Assembly: GCA_025360645.1 (NCBI GenBank)
Contig: JANYBT010000042.1
Location: forward strand, 516 to 64,515
Length of the DNA: 64,000 bases
From: Acidobacteriaceae bacterium
GTDB lineage: Bacteria; Acidobacteriota; Terriglobia; Terriglobales; Acidobacteriaceae
Direction of reading: 5' to 3'
This document shows positions 62,495 to 64,000 of this stretch, piece by piece (the stretch's first letter is position 1; every line of letters begins with the position of its first letter). A model generated the notes under the pieces. That model had not been told where the DNA came from. It did not search any database and saw nothing but the letters and a program-made list of their open reading frames with translations. The position numbers and the translations under genes were made by a program.

Positions 62495-63697
62495 GTGCAT
62501 TCAAGTCGCGCCACGTGGATTTTTCGTCTGGTGATGGTTTTTCTCGGCCTGTTACTGCTGGCAGAGAGTGGGATGGCCGCGCACATCGGCACCCAATCTC
62601 TCGTCCCCAAGTCCCGGACCCGGCGCCTGACCGAGAATCGTCACGCCCGCAAACGCATGAGGCAACTGGCCCACAGCCGAGGCTCCGCGAATCGCCACGC
62701 CCGCGGCCGCCGCTCCCGCTATCATGAGCGTTTCTATACCAGTTCTTTTGCGCAAGACTTGACTGACGGCGACGTCACCACCGGCGAAGATCCAGTGGTC
62801 CGCCAGGCCGCGATCGCCGCATTGGGGAACATGAATGGCACCGTGGTCGCCATCGATCCGTTGAGCGGACGCATCCTGACCATGGTCAACCAGCGGCTGG
62901 CGCTGTCCAGTGGCGCGCAACCCTGCTCCACCATCAAGCTGTCGGTCGCTCTCGCCGCGTTGAGTGAAGGCATTGTCACCAAAGATACCGAAGTCCGCAT
63001 CGGACGCCGCTCGGAGATCAACCTCACGCAGGCGCTCGCGCACTCGAACAACGCCTATTTTGAAGAGCTGGGCCGCCGGCTGGGTTTTGAGAAAGTCAGC
63101 TACTACGCCCATCAATGCGGGCTCGGTGAACTGGCTGGCCGCAAGATTCCCGGCGAGCGCCTGGGAGCCTATCCGACCGCCGCCATTCCCCTCAGCCAGG
63201 GCGGTGTAGGCAAGATGTGCTCGTACGGCGAGGGCATCTCGATGACGCCGCTGCAACTGGGGGCGCTGGTCTCAGCGATTTCCAATGGCGGCACGCTTTT
63301 TTACCTTCAGCATCCCACCACCCCGGAAGCGATTGCCAGTTTCCAGCCCATGGTGAAGCGTCGGCTCGACATTGGCCAGGAAATTCCCCAGATTGTGGAC
63401 GGCATGGCGGCCGCGGTGACTTATGGCACGGCCCGCCGCCTGGGCATCAACTTCAGCGAAGAATCGATTTTAGGCAAGACCGGAACCTGTTCCCATGCCG
63501 GCACTCGCTTCGGTTGGTTCGCCTCCTACGCCAATACCAAGGCCGGACGCATTGTGACGGTGGTCTTCCTGCAAGGCGGAAGGCCAACCTTTGGTCCCAA
63601 GGCAGCCGAAGTTTCCGGCCGTTTTTACCGCAGCCTCTACGACCACAACTTCTTCGCTGCCAACGGCACGCCAGCCAGCCCGGTCAGCGCGCCGTAA
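62495..63697 (+). CDS. Penicillin-binding transpeptidase-domain protein (low-MW, class-B-like, no dimerisation domain)
   Basis: SxxK (CSTIKLS), SxN (HSNNAYF) and KTG (GKTGTCS) motifs in the correct order and spacing. N-terminal TM/signal segment then an Arg-rich linker. GTG start. Confidence 0.8.
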   Translation: MHSSRATWIFRLVMVFLGLLLLAESGMAAHIGTQSLVPKSRTRRLTENRHARKRMRQLAHSRGSANRHARGRRSRYHERFYTSSFAQDLTDGDVTTGEDPVVRQAAIAALGNMNGTVVAIDPLSGRILTMVNQRLALSSGAQPCSTIKLSVALAALSEGIVTKDTEVRIGRRSEINLTQALAHSNNAYFEELGRRLGFEKVSYYAHQCGLGELAGRKIPGERLGAYPTAAIPLSQGGVGKMCSYGEGISMTPLQLGALVSAISNGGTLFYLQHPTTPEAIASFQPMVKRRLDIGQEIPQIVDGMAAAVTYGTARRLGINFSEESILGKTGTCSHAGTRFGWFASYANTKAGRIVTVVFLQGGRPTFGPKAAEVSGRFYRSLYDHNFFAANGTPASPVSAP

Positions 63698-64000
63698 GCG
63701 GAATTCTCTCTCCGCCATCTTAAACGGCTGGATTCGTCCCAAACGGGCGGTCTGCATCCAAACGGGGCGGGATACTTTTCAGCCCCCGCGGCCTCGAAGC
63801 TAATTCCATTTCTCATATTATTTTCAATTTCGAGGCGCTTTTCGTTCTAGGAGTCGATTTAAGGCCCCTCGGCTTCCGAGATGACCCAAAGTGCCATCCC
63901 GACCCCTATCGTCGATTCTAGGGCCACTAGCGGCCCGGAAAATGGCGTTCCAGGGTAGGCGTATGACCTCGTTCCGCACTTCCCCAGACGAGTTTGAGCT

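Noticed and set aside
1-64000. Searched for CRISPR arrays, tRNA/rRNA/tmRNA genes, integrases, toxin-antitoxin pairs and known defence-system signatures
   Set aside because: There are no regularly spaced direct repeats and no GGTTCGAnnC-type T-arm in a non-coding context (the hits at about 14091 and 9503 are inside CDSs). I found no recombinase, nuclease/ATPase or other defence-like ORFs. I cannot exclude small RNAs without covariance-model searches.
63859-64000. Possible start of a further gene at the right edge (ATG 63964, MTSFRTSPDEFEL...) and a 25-aa ORF at 63881
   Set aside because: Only 12 codons are visible before the window ends, and the 25-aa ORF has no recognisable features. Neither can be supported.

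Overview
This is a 64-kb GC-rich chromosomal segment from a diderm (Gram-negative) bacterium. The protein signatures look Acidobacteriota-like to me, but that is inference only, since no search was run. All calls rest on reading the ORF translations and the DNA by eye, and start codons are inferred. The window has three parts. (1) nt 1-20364: a truncated IS1380-type transposase gene and an AT-rich leader, followed by a 15-gene, co-directional Wzx/Wzy-type polysaccharide locus. The locus encodes Wza, a Wzc BY-kinase, Wzx, a CgeB-like protein, a Wzy-like protein, GT4 enzymes, an FnlA/B/C module for UDP-L-FucNAc or L-PneNAc, a WxcM-like cupin, a WbuB-like GT and a WecA/WbpL-type initiating transferase. 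It also contains an unassignable 908-aa secreted protein. (2) nt 20.5-23.6 kb: a small mixed block with a membrane-anchored JAMM/MPN metalloprotease fused to a zinc ribbon, an unannotated 54-aa CPXCG protein, YbjQ, a hotdog thioesterase and a CADD-type (pABA-synthase-like) protein. (3) The remainder is housekeeping: mnmG, rpmB, dnaB, valS, nadC, birA, coaX, a RumA-type methyltransferase, comEC, gatB, larE, lptD, a PBP, and a tightly overlapping LPS-core operon (waaA-lpxK-hldA-hldC-GT9-ICMT-like methyltransferase-DUF3108). I found no rRNA, tRNA, CRISPR array, integrase, or recognisable complete defence or toxin system. The best novelty candidates are single genes in informative contexts rather than a clear new multi-gene system: the 908-aa GH-like protein inside the polysaccharide locus, the orphan membrane JAMM-Zn-ribbon protein, the ICMT/LmtA-like methyltransferase translationally coupled to the heptosyltransferase, and the CADD homologue.
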